The position numbers and the translations under genes are program-made. Of a DNA stretch of 64,000 nt, positions 54,848 to 63,960 are shown one piece after another. The notes beneath the pieces are model-generated. The model saw nothing but the letters and a program-made list of their open reading frames with translations, made no database searches and was not told the DNA's origin. The DNA is from an uncultured Gemmatimonadales bacterium (GTDB lineage: Bacteria; Gemmatimonadota; Gemmatimonadetes; Gemmatimonadales; GWC2-71-9). The stretch covers positions 3,293 to 67,292 of the forward strand of contig CAWHZQ010000020.1 in the NCBI GenBank assembly GCA_963833905.1, in the 5' to 3' direction. Numbering within the stretch: position 1 is the first letter of the stretch; each line of letters starts with the position of its first letter.

Positions 54848-54890
54848 GGTGATTCCGGGGTGATTCGCGCGTGAGCGCCAGTCGTATACT
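54848..54890 (+). promoter_or_regulatory. Triple GTGA direct-repeat activator site plus -10 TATACT (site 1)
   Basis: GTGA at 54849, 54860, 54871; TATACT at 54885. Confidence 0.8.
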
Positions 54891-54949
54891 CGGCACGCAC
54901 CGAACGCCCCTACTCACGCGCATCGGGACATCGTCCCAAGGAGATATCG

Positions 54950-55966
54950 ATGCTCACCCTCAACTCGGAGCACCCGGCGATCCGGTCGCTCCACCACTTG
55001 CTTCCCCCGCTGGTCCTCGCCCTGGCGCTCGCCGCCTGCAACGGCGCGGACAGCCCCCTCGGGCCGCCCGACGGTTCGACCGTCCCCGCGAGCGAGCCGC
55101 TCGCGGCCGGCGGCGGGGCGGCGACGCCCGATTACTCGCTCGCGCCCGCCACCGGGCGGATCGTGTTCCAGTCATACCGGAGCGGCAGCGGCGACATCTA
55201 CCGGATGGACCCCCTGGGAACCACCCTCGTCCGCCTCACCACCTCGGTCGACGAAGAAAGGGTCCCGTCCTGGTCCTACGACAACAAGCGGATCGCGCTG
55301 GTGCGGCCGCGGCTGGACGCCAACAACACCAAGCACGACGACATCTACATCATCAACTCGGACGGTAGCGGCGGGCACTGGGCACGCGCGGTACCATCGC
55401 CCTGGCACCTGGGCGACCCCTCGTGGTCCCCCGATGGCTCGCGCCTGCTGGTGACCGTCACGGTGTCCTACACCTGGTATGTGGGCTGGATGGATCTGGC
55501 CACCGGTCAGATCGGCCTCTTCAACGGAGGCGGGTTCAATTATCCGGGACTCAAAGCATCGTACGACCGCAGCGGCCAGAAGATCGTGTATGTCGGCTCG
55601 GGCTCGAAGACCGTGGAGCAGATCAATGCCGATGGCACGGGTCACAAGGTCCTCGTGTCCTCGACCTTTGTGAGCCGCCCGGCCTATTCGCCGGACGGCA
55701 AGAAGGTCGCCTACAGCAGACTGATCAGTACCGGTGACGAGGAACTCTTCGTCAAGAACCTCGTGGATGGCACCACCAGGCGCATGACCTGGTCCGCGAA
55801 AGACGACAACTCACCGACCTGGTCGCCGGACGGGTCGAGGATCGCGTTCACGAGCCGCCGGTCAGGTCTGCTTCAGATCTGGACCATGAACGCCGCCACC
55901 GGGGGAAGCCTCACGCAGATCACACACACGGCCAACGCCGAACTGTACCCGCAGTGGTCCCACTAA
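54950..55966 (+). CDS. TolB-like PD40 beta-propeller lipoprotein 1
   Basis: AAGGAGA RBS, lipobox LAAC, repeated PxWSPDG, ends WSH. Confidence 0.9.
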   Translation: MLTLNSEHPAIRSLHHLLPPLVLALALAACNGADSPLGPPDGSTVPASEPLAAGGGAATPDYSLAPATGRIVFQSYRSGSGDIYRMDPLGTTLVRLTTSVDEERVPSWSYDNKRIALVRPRLDANNTKHDDIYIINSDGSGGHWARAVPSPWHLGDPSWSPDGSRLLVTVTVSYTWYVGWMDLATGQIGLFNGGGFNYPGLKASYDRSGQKIVYVGSGSKTVEQINADGTGHKVLVSSTFVSRPAYSPDGKKVAYSRLISTGDEELFVKNLVDGTTRRMTWSAKDDNSPTWSPDGSRIAFTSRRSGLLQIWTMNAATGGSLTQITHTANAELYPQWSH

Positions 55967-55984
55967 GCAGCGGCGGAGCACGAC

Positions 55985-56009
55985 ACGGCCCCCGGCACGC
56001 CGGGGGTCG
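55985..56009 (+). terminator. GC hairpin after propeller gene 1
   Basis: CGGCCCCCGGC...GCCGGGGGTCG. Confidence 0.45.
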
Positions 56010-56059
56010 TCTCGCTTCGTCCGTGTTCACAGATCGTCGATGGTCGGGAGCTTACACGA

Positions 56060-56102
56060 GGTGATCGGGAGGTGATTCGGGCGTGACCGCCGATCGTAGA
56101 CT
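56060..56102 (+). promoter_or_regulatory. Triple GTGA repeat plus -10 TAGACT (site 2)
   Basis: GTGA at 56061, 56072, 56083; TAGACT at 56097. Confidence 0.8.
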
Positions 56103-56166
56103 GGGCACGTGTTCACGGCCGTTCCGAATCCATTCGCACTGGGACCAGCGGTCCCAAGGAGAAACG

Positions 56167-57171
56167 ATGCCATCCCCCAGTCACCAGAGCCCGATCCTCG
56201 GCTCGTCCCGTTCCGTGCTTGCCCCGCTGTTCGCGCTGGCCCTGTCCGTGGCGCTCGGCGGCTGCGGCGCCACCGACAACCCGCTCGCCCCGGCCGCCGC
56301 AGACGAGGCACTCGCACCCGCCAGCGAGTCCGCTGCGCCCGCCTACGCCCTCACCGGCACCTCACAGCGGATCGTGTTCAATTCGGCCCGCAAGGGCGGC
56401 TACGACATCTTCAAGATGGATCCGCTGGGGCATAGCGTCGTCGGCCTGACCACCACTGCCTACGCCGGGGAGCCCGCCTGGTCCCAGGGCAACACGCGCA
56501 TCGCGATGGTGCGCGAGCGGCTGGACGCGTCGAAGGTCGGCCACACCGACATCTACCTGATCAACGCGGACGGGACCAACGGGCATTGGGCGCGGGCCAC
56601 CCCCTCCCCATACAATCTGCGCTACCCCTCCTGGTCTCCCGACGGGTCACGCATCCTGCTGACCATCCAGCAGCTGGGCAAGCCGTACCTGGCGACGCTG
56701 ATCCTCGCCACCGGTCAGATCAAGTTCGTCACCAGCGCTGGCATCAGCGTGCAGGGCAACTACCCGTCGTACAACCGGGCCGGCACGAAGATCGTCTTCG
56801 TCAGTCCCAGCGGCACGAGCTTTCAGGAGATGAACACGGACGGAACCGCCCGCAAGGTGCTCGCCTCGTTCGCGAAAACTCTGAGCGAGCCGAGATACTC
56901 GCCGGATGGCAGCAAGATCGCCTTCGAGATGCTGGACGGCCTCAACATCGACATCTACGTGTGGAACCTCGCCACCCACGTGAAAACCCGTCTCACCACG
57001 AGCACCGGTATCGACGAGCAGGCGACCTGGTCGCCGGACGGCTCCAGGATCGCGTTCATGAGCACGCGAACCGGGCAGCCTCAGATCTGGACCATGAGCC
57101 CGACCGGTGCGAACCAGGCGCGGATCACCTGGACGAACACGGCCGAGAAGGATCCGGCGTGGTCGCACTAG
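56167..57171 (+). CDS. TolB-like PD40 beta-propeller lipoprotein 2 (paralog)
   Basis: AAGGAGA RBS, lipobox LGGC, WSPDG repeats, ends WSH. Confidence 0.9.
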   Translation: MPSPSHQSPILGSSRSVLAPLFALALSVALGGCGATDNPLAPAAADEALAPASESAAPAYALTGTSQRIVFNSARKGGYDIFKMDPLGHSVVGLTTTAYAGEPAWSQGNTRIAMVRERLDASKVGHTDIYLINADGTNGHWARATPSPYNLRYPSWSPDGSRILLTIQQLGKPYLATLILATGQIKFVTSAGISVQGNYPSYNRAGTKIVFVSPSGTSFQEMNTDGTARKVLASFAKTLSEPRYSPDGSKIAFEMLDGLNIDIYVWNLATHVKTRLTTSTGIDEQATWSPDGSRIAFMSTRTGQPQIWTMSPTGANQARITWTNTAEKDPAWSH

Positions 57172-57190
57172 GCGGCCGCTCCAACAGCCA

Positions 57191-57234
57191 GGTGATTTCG
57201 GGATGATTCGCCGGTGAGTACCGGCCGGCATACT
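57191..57234 (+). promoter_or_regulatory. Triple repeat plus -10 CATACT (site 3)
   Basis: GTGA 57192, ATGA 57203, GTGA 57214; CATACT 57229. Confidence 0.72.
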
Positions 57235-57307
57235 TGGCGTGTCAACATCGCCCGAATCGACCAGTGATCCCTGTAGCGATCGACACTCGAGGGTGAAGGA
57301 GGACAGT

Positions 57308-57412
57308 ATGACCCGACCGACCGATGCCACCAGCGGGGCGCGCTTCGACTCTCCCCTCGCCCTGTGGATCACGATCTGGCAGCGTTACCTGGTGTACGGA
57401 CAGACGCTCTGA
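57308..57412 (+). CDS. Unannotated 34-aa small protein
   Basis: AAGGAGG RBS; MTRPTDATSGARFDSPLALWITIWQRYLVYGQTL; own promoter (site 3). Confidence 0.6.
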   Translation: MTRPTDATSGARFDSPLALWITIWQRYLVYGQTL

Positions 57413-57503
57413 CTGCGCAGGATTGGTTGCACGAAGCGGCGTTCAGCACAGGTGGCCCCCGGGCGGATCACCGCGCCGGGGGCTCGTTTCGGAGGAGCGA
57501 CCC

Positions 57504-60259
57504 TCAGGATGGCCGGTCGAGGGTCATCCGCCAGATGTCGCTCTCGCGCTCGGAGAGCGTGAAGTAGAACCGCCGGCCATCCACCGCGAATTCAGCGCGC
57601 GGGGATGGCCGCGCGGCGTCGTCGAACCGCACGAGGAGCCTGGGCTCGCCGCCGCCGGCCGGGACCGACCAGAGGCTCGCGTGGCCCTGCCCATCCAGCG
57701 CCTTGTAGTACACGGTGCGTCCCTCGGGCGACCACTGCGCCAGCAGCGGCACCGGGCGGACGGCGGGATCCCGGCTGTCGACGAGGAGCCGCGGCGCTCC
57801 CCCGTTTGGCGCGATCACCCACAGGCCCCCGTTGCGCAGGTAGACGATCTCCCGCCCGTCGGGCGACCAGCGCGCGTCCTGTCCGCCCTCGGTGGTGAGC
57901 TGGCGGGGCGCCTTCCAGCGGCCACCGGCCTCCCGCTCCACCGCGTACAGCTCGAATCGTCCCGTGCGGTCGGAGTGGTAGACCAGGCGTCGCCCGTCGG
58001 GAGACCAGTCCGGGAACCGCTGGTTGCCCGAGTCGGACACCACCGGGCTCGGCGTGCCGCCGATGGCGGGGATGACGAACAGGCGCCGGTGGCCCCCGCG
58101 GAAGCCGTAGTAGGCGACCTCCCGCCCGTCGGGCGACCAGGACGGCATGAAGGCATCGCCCGAATCCGGCGAGAGCAGCTCCGGCTCGCCGCCGGTGCGC
58201 GGCATCAGGTAGATCGCCTGGTGTCCACCGCGGTCCGAGTCGAACGCCAGCCAGCGTCCGTCCGGCGACACCGCCATGCCCTCGATCGACTGGTGGCCCG
58301 ACGTGAGGGGCTCGGCAGCCGCCGCCGACACTGGTCCGGCAGCGGGTATGGGGAGCGTGGCGACGTTGGCGTATTCGGTGAAATCGTCGTAGGCGAGCTG
58401 GCGGCCGTCGCGCGACAGATCGATCGTGTGGATCTGCAGGCCGGTGGTGAGCCGGAGCCGGCGCGCCCGCCGCTTGCCCGACCGATCGATGGCGACGCGA
58501 TAGACGTCCCGGCTGCCGTCCCGGCTGGAGACGAACAGCAGGCTCCGGCCATCCGGCAGCCAGGCGGGGCTCGTGTTGAGCGCCGCCGCGTCCGTGAGCG
58601 GCACCGGCGGGCCGCCGGACGCGGCGACGGTCCAAATGGCGCTGGGCGCGATGTTGCCGATGGCGTTGGGCGCGTAGACGAACGCCGCGTTCCCGAGCAC
58701 GTAGGCGATGCGCGAGCCGTCCGGCGACCAGGCGAACGAGTGCGGCTGCCCCACCTCCGCGATCGTCGTCGGCGGCCCGCCTTCGGCGGCGCGGACCTCG
58801 ATCCTCCGACCGACGGCGTAGACGATCTTCCGGCCATCGGGCGACCAGGCCAGGTAACTCGGACCCTCGTCGCTGATCGCCCCTTCGCCGTTGACGCCGG
58901 GACTCTGCTCCGGCGGCGCGACCAGCAGCCGGGCGGGTCCACCGAGCGCGGGGACGACGTAGATCGCCCGCCCCGCCTCGAAGCTGAGCCGCGAGCCGTC
59001 CGGGGACCAGCGGGGCCAGTGCTGGTCGCCCGGCGTGCTGTCGGCCACCGCAATGGTGCGGCCGCCGGAGAGCTGGCGGACGTAGATCCGGAGCCGTCCA
59101 TTCGGTCCCGCTGCGTAGGCGACGAACTTCCCGTCGGGCGAGAGGGCCGGATGGATCTCCAGCCCGGGCTGTCCGGTGACCCGGGTGATGCGGCCGGCGC
59201 GCAGCTCACGCGGCGCGGCTGGGGCGGAGGAGCGCCGCGCCGCCCGCGAGCGCGATCACGGCGCACGCAGCGAGCACCCACCGGCGCGCGGAACGTCGGG
59301 ATGCGAAATGGGGCTTCGAGAGGCCTGCTTCGACAGGGCTCGCCGGGCGGGGCGCGCGCGTGGCAGCTCCGGCGTCCTCGGGCAGCGACGCGGGCGTCAC
59401 CTCCACTTCCGCGGGTGGAGGGGGCCACGTGTCGGATAGCAGATCAGGCGCGTTGCGTATCTGCCGGGGATGCAGGCGGCGAGGAGTCGGCGGGCAGATC
59501 GGCAGGCGGTGGCTCGACGCTCACCGGACGCTCGGCAACGCTGGCGACCATCTGCGTCCTGATCCGCTCGGCCAGCGCCACCACGGCTTGATCCGGCGGC
59601 GCCTCCAGCTCCTGCTCCAGCAGCACTTCGTAGACTCGAGCGTGCTGGAGGGCGGCGGTGCGGTCGCCCGCCGCCACGAGCGCCTCCATCAGGCCAATGG
59701 CCACGCGGGCGTTGAGCGGATCCTGCGCCGCCAGCTTGCGCCACCATTCCGCGCAGTCCAGGTGGTCCCCACGATCGGCCGCCCGCCGGCCCAGACGCTC
59801 GAGCGCGGTGGCATGGTCCCGCGCCAGGCCCGCGCGCTCCTCCTCGAGCCAGCGCTCGAACTCGCCCGCCTCCGAGAGATGAAAGCCGTCGAGAAATGGA
59901 CCGCCGTATTCCGCGACCGCCCGCTCCGGGTAGCCGGCCTTCAGTGCGGCCGAGAACGCCGCGACGTCGCTCGTGACCAGATCGGGATTGAGCCGGACGT
60001 CCCGGGTTCCCAGGAAGACCTCGTCGGCGCCCATCTCCTGCCGAAGCGCGTAGAGGGCCTGGTTGAGTCCTTTCCGCGCGCGCTCCTCGTCCGTCTCCGC
60101 CCAGAGCATGCCGATCAGCCGGTCGCGTGTCATGCCCTGCTCGCCCGAAGCCGCCAGCAGGGCGAGCAGCCCGAGGCGCCGCGGCTGGGAAGCCGCGCCG
60201 CTCAAGCGCTGACCATCGCGCTCCAGGAACAACCTGCCAAACGTGTTAAGACGTAACAG
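57504..60259 (-). CDS. Transmembrane SARP/BTAD transcriptional activator with a C-terminal PD40 propeller (frameshifted)
   Basis: RLNTFG, QPRRLGLLALL, RDRLIGMLW, YGGPFLDGF, DPLN (HTH + BTAD); TM WVLAACAVIALAGGAALL; many WSPDG repeats; shifts near 59440 and 59210. Confidence 0.88.
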
Positions 60260-60355
60260 GTTAGGCTCGGTGATTCTGAGGTGACCGGTGGGAGCGATCT
60301 TGGTACCAATTGTAGAGTCGGAGCAGTGTGCCCACAAGACACAAGGAGCGCCGAA

Positions 60356-60820
60356 ATGCGTCCAGAAACCGAGCGGGTCGTTCGCGAGAGCTGGGCCCAA
60401 TTCGAGCCGGTCGCGGTGGAGTCGGCCGCGTTCTTCTACGATAAGCTGTTCGAGCTTGACCCCGAGGCGCAGCGCCTCTTCGCCAAAACCGACATGGTCG
60501 CACAGGGTCACAAGGTCATGCGGATGTTCGCCGAGATCGTGCACAACCTCGACCGGCCGGAGGCGCTGGTCGCCGAGGTGGCTGACCTCGGCCGTCGGCA
60601 CGTCGGCTACGGCGTGCAGGATCACCAGTACGACTCGGTCGGCACCGCGCTGCTCTGGACGCTCGAGCGCGGCCTGGGTCCGGCCTTTACCGACGAGATC
60701 CGGGATGCCTGGACCGAAGCCTACCTCCTCTTCTCGAGCGTCGCGCGGCGGGCCACCGCCCGCGCGTCCCAGCCCGCGAGGCTACACGGCGCTACCATAA
60801 GTCCTTATAGAAGAACCTGA
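60356..60820 (+). CDS. Single-domain globin 1
   Basis: FYDKLFELDP, LGRRHVGYGV, VGTALLWTL, AWTEAY. Confidence 0.92.
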   Translation: MRPETERVVRESWAQFEPVAVESAAFFYDKLFELDPEAQRLFAKTDMVAQGHKVMRMFAEIVHNLDRPEALVAEVADLGRRHVGYGVQDHQYDSVGTALLWTLERGLGPAFTDEIRDAWTEAYLLFSSVARRATARASQPARLHGATISPYRRT

Positions 60821-60827
60821 TGGGCAT

Positions 60828-60870
60828 GGTGAGATCCAGGTGATTTCAGCGTGACTCCGCCCGGTAGACT
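60828..60870 (+). promoter_or_regulatory. Triple GTGA repeat plus -10 TAGACT (site 4)
   Basis: GTGA at 60829, 60840, 60851; TAGACT at 60865. Confidence 0.8.
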
Positions 60871-60947
60871 TGTTCCCGTCAACTGGGCAGCGGCGAGGCC
60901 CGAAGCCGATGCCACCATCCAACGGGCCCTCGATTAGGAGTCACACC

Positions 60948-61475
60948 ATGAAGACCATGACCGCACTGGGCCTGAGCTCGCTCATCGTCCTGACGCTGGC
61001 GGCATTCACCGGCGCGGCGCGTCCGACGATCCTGCCGGCCCCGAGCGAATCCTCCTCCTTCTTCGCCGAGCTCCACGGCGACCTGCACGCCAGCCCCCGC
61101 GGGACGGCACGGTTCGGCACGGTCGAAGGCGGCCCGGGCGCCACGAAGTTCAGCCTGTCGCTGGGTGCCGACGGCGCGGATGGCTCCGTGCTCTTCACGC
61201 GGACCAACGGCGGCCGGCTGACGCCCGGCACTTACGCCATCTCGGGCCGGGACAACGGCACGGACGAGATCCGGGCGCTCGTCATGACCGGCTCCGCCAC
61301 TCGGCCCACCGGCGTCTTTCGGGGCCAGTCGGGCTACCTGATCGTCACCTCGGCGACCGACAACGTCATTCGTGGGCGGTTTGAGGTGGCGGCCACGGGC
61401 TTTCTCGCCTCGGATCCGGCGGACGAGTCCCGGCCGATGAAGGCGACCGGCATGTTCACCGCCACCCGCGAATAG
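60948..61475 (+). CDS. Hypothetical secreted beta-rich protein
   Basis: AGGAG RBS, signal peptide, beta-strand pattern ending GMFTA. Confidence 0.7.
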   Translation: MKTMTALGLSSLIVLTLAAFTGAARPTILPAPSESSSFFAELHGDLHASPRGTARFGTVEGGPGATKFSLSLGADGADGSVLFTRTNGGRLTPGTYAISGRDNGTDEIRALVMTGSATRPTGVFRGQSGYLIVTSATDNVIRGRFEVAATGFLASDPADESRPMKATGMFTATRE

Positions 61476-61495
61476 CGGCGAGAGAGGAGCGCACC

Positions 61496-61921
61496 ATGAC
61501 TGGCGAGCAGATCCGGCTGGTCCGGGTCACCTGGCTCGAGGTGGCCCAGATCGCCGATGCCGCGGCACGGCTGTTCTATGAACGCCTGTTCGAGACCGAT
61601 CCGGAGGTCCGTCAGCTCTTCGCGCACAGCGACATGGACCAGCAGCGAGTGAAACTCCTGCGGACCCTGACGGTCGCCGTGGGGGCGCTGGACAAGCTGG
61701 AGACGATCCGGCCGGCACTCGAAAACCTGGGACGACGGCACGTCGGCTACGGCGTTGAGGATCGTCATTACGAGCTGGTCGGAGCCGCGCTGCTGTGGAC
61801 GTTGGAACAGGGGCTGGGAGACGGCTATACCGCCGCGGTGCGTGAGGCATGGACCGCCGCCTACACGACCCTGGCGACCATCATGCGCGAGGCGGCGGCC
61901 ACGGTGGAGCGAGCCGCCTGA
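61496..61921 (+). CDS. Single-domain globin 2
   Basis: FYERLFETDP, LGRRHVGYGV, VGAALLWTL, AWTAAY. Confidence 0.93.
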   Translation: MTGEQIRLVRVTWLEVAQIADAAARLFYERLFETDPEVRQLFAHSDMDQQRVKLLRTLTVAVGALDKLETIRPALENLGRRHVGYGVEDRHYELVGAALLWTLEQGLGDGYTAAVREAWTAAYTTLATIMREAAATVERAA

Positions 61922-61937
61922 CGCTCGGGCCGGGTGA

Positions 61938-61966
61938 TTGATTCCGGCGGGGAACCCCGCTACTTT
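61938..61966 (+). promoter_or_regulatory. Sigma-70 promoter TTGATT-N17-TACTTT
   Basis: Immediately upstream of the riboswitch aptamer. Confidence 0.65.
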
Positions 61967-61977
61967 TGAGCCTTGTA

Positions 61978-62101
61978 GAAGGGGAGTAGCTCATCCGCCA
62001 CGAGGCGGACGACTGGATCGTCAAGACTGTCCGACGCGTTCGGGCACGGTCCAGCCGGGGTCGAGGGAGACACGATCTCCCCGTATCAGAGCGAGACCTT
62101 C
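61978..62101 (+). ncRNA. yybP-ykoY manganese riboswitch
   Basis: GAAGGGGAGTAGC, CGTCAAGAC and GCGAGACCTTC hallmark segments; upstream of a TerC operon. Confidence 0.88.
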
Positions 62102-62141
62102 GTCCACGCGAAAGCGGAGCGGACGGGGTCTCGCTCTTTTT
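62088..62141 (+). terminator. Riboswitch expression-platform intrinsic terminator
   Basis: GAGCGAGACC...GGTCTCGCTC stem followed by TTTTT; overlaps the aptamer 3' strand. Confidence 0.8.
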
Positions 62142-62184
62142 GTCATCAGACCCCACTCACCAGCAAGGTGCTACAGAGGAGCGC

Positions 62185-63024
62185 ATGAACAACGTCAAGA
62201 CCATGGTCCTGATGGCCGGCCTTCTGGGCCTGTTCCTGCTCGCCGGCCAGCTGCTCGGGGGGTCGCAGGGGCTCGTGCTCGCCCTGGTCCTGGGCAGCGC
62301 GTTCAACTTCATCATGTACTTCTTCTCGGATAAGATCGTGCTCCGGATGTACGGCGCGCAGATCGTCAGCGAGGAGCAGGCGCCCGAGCTCTACCGGATG
62401 GTCGACCGGCTCCGCCAGCGGGCGGGACTGCCGATGCCGGTCGTCGCGGTGGCGCCGCACGAGCAGCCCAACGCGTTCGCCACCGGACGGAACCCCGACC
62501 ACGCGGTCGTCGCGGTGACGACGGGCATCCTCAAGTACATGCCGCAGGAGGAGCTCGAGGGCGTCATCGCGCACGAGCTGGCGCACGTCAAGAACCGGGA
62601 CATGCTGATCACCACGCTGGCCGCGGGCGTCGCCGGCGCGATCAGCAACCTGCCCTACCTGCTCCTGTTCGGCGGCGGGCGGAGCGATGAGGACGGCCAC
62701 CCGATCGCGCAGCTGGCGCTGCTCCTGCTCGCGCCGATCGGCGCCATGCTGATCCAGTTCGCCGTGTCGCGCCAGCGGGAGTTCGAGGCCGACCGGGTCG
62801 GCGCCGAGATCCTCGGCCGGCCGATGCCGCTGGCCAACGCGCTCCGCCGGCTCGACGCGATGGCCCAGCGGATCCCGATGCAGGTGGCTCCGGCCGCCGC
62901 GCCGCTCGCGCAGGTGAATCCGCTCGCGGCCCACGGCGGCGTGGCCGGCCTGTTCAGCACGCACCCGCCGACCGAGGAGCGCGTCGCCCGGCTCGAGGCG
63001 ATGACGGTGGCGGCGAGCCGGTAG
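62185..63024 (+). CDS. htpX: Zinc metalloprotease HtpX
   Basis: PNAFATGRNP, HELAHVKNRD, SRQREFEAD, FSTHPP. Confidence 0.93.
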   Translation: MNNVKTMVLMAGLLGLFLLAGQLLGGSQGLVLALVLGSAFNFIMYFFSDKIVLRMYGAQIVSEEQAPELYRMVDRLRQRAGLPMPVVAVAPHEQPNAFATGRNPDHAVVAVTTGILKYMPQEELEGVIAHELAHVKNRDMLITTLAAGVAGAISNLPYLLLFGGGRSDEDGHPIAQLALLLLAPIGAMLIQFAVSRQREFEADRVGAEILGRPMPLANALRRLDAMAQRIPMQVAPAAAPLAQVNPLAAHGGVAGLFSTHPPTEERVARLEAMTVAASR

Positions 63025-63960
63025 GTGGGTCATCACGGCCTGGCCGTCTGGCTGGGCTTCACGGGGATCGTGATCGCCCTCCTGGTCCTCGACCTGGGGG
63101 TGCTCAACCGGCGGTCCCACGTGCTGTCGTTCAAGGAGGCGATGAGCTGGAGCGGCGGGCTCATCGCCTTCGCGCTCTTGTTCGGGCTCTTTCTCTGGTG
63201 GCGCGAGGGCGCGCAGCACGCGCTCGAGTACTACACCGGCTACCTGATCGAGCTCTCCCTCAGCGTCGACAATCTCTTCGTCTTCATCCTGATCTTCAAC
63301 TACTTCGGCGTGCCCTCCGAGGCCCAGCCGAAGGTGCTCAAGTGGGGCATCCTCGGCGCCATCGTGATGCGGTTCATCATGATCACGGCGGGGGCGCTGC
63401 TGCTCCATCGGTTCGAGTGGATCATCTACGTCTTCGGCGGGATCCTGATCCTGACCGGCATCCGGATGCTGCTGCAGCGGGATGAGCGGATCGAGCCGGA
63501 GAAGAACCCCATCGTGCGGCTGGCGCGGCGGGTGCTGCCGTTCACCGACAGCTACGACGGCGCCAACTTCACCTGCCGGACCAGCAGCGGCCGGCTGCTC
63601 GCCACGCCGCTGGTGCTGGTGCTCCTCGTGGTCGAGTGGTCGGATCTGGTCTTCGCCATCGACAGCATTCCCGCCATCTTCGCGATCACGCGCGACCCGT
63701 TCCTGGTCTACAGCTCCAACGTGTTCGCCATCCTGGGGCTCAGGGCGCTCTTCTTCGTGCTGGCGGGGATGCTGGACAAGTTCGTCTACCTGAAGCCGGG
63801 GGTGGCGCTGATCCTGGTGTTCGTCGGGGGGAAGATGGCGGTGAGTGCCTGGCTGCACGTGCCCACTCTCGCGAGCCTGGCGGTCGTCATCCTCACCCTC
63901 GGCGCGTCGGTGGGCCTGTCGCTCTGGCGGAGCGCCAGGGAGGCGCGACAGGCCGCCTAG
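63025..63960 (+). CDS. TerC/Alx family metal homeostasis membrane protein
   Basis: LSVDNLFVF, DLVFAIDSIPA, SNVFAILGLR. Confidence 0.95.
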   Translation: MGHHGLAVWLGFTGIVIALLVLDLGVLNRRSHVLSFKEAMSWSGGLIAFALLFGLFLWWREGAQHALEYYTGYLIELSLSVDNLFVFILIFNYFGVPSEAQPKVLKWGILGAIVMRFIMITAGALLLHRFEWIIYVFGGILILTGIRMLLQRDERIEPEKNPIVRLARRVLPFTDSYDGANFTCRTSSGRLLATPLVLVLLVVEWSDLVFAIDSIPAIFAITRDPFLVYSSNVFAILGLRALFFVLAGMLDKFVYLKPGVALILVFVGGKMAVSAWLHVPTLASLAVVILTLGASVGLSLWRSAREARQAA

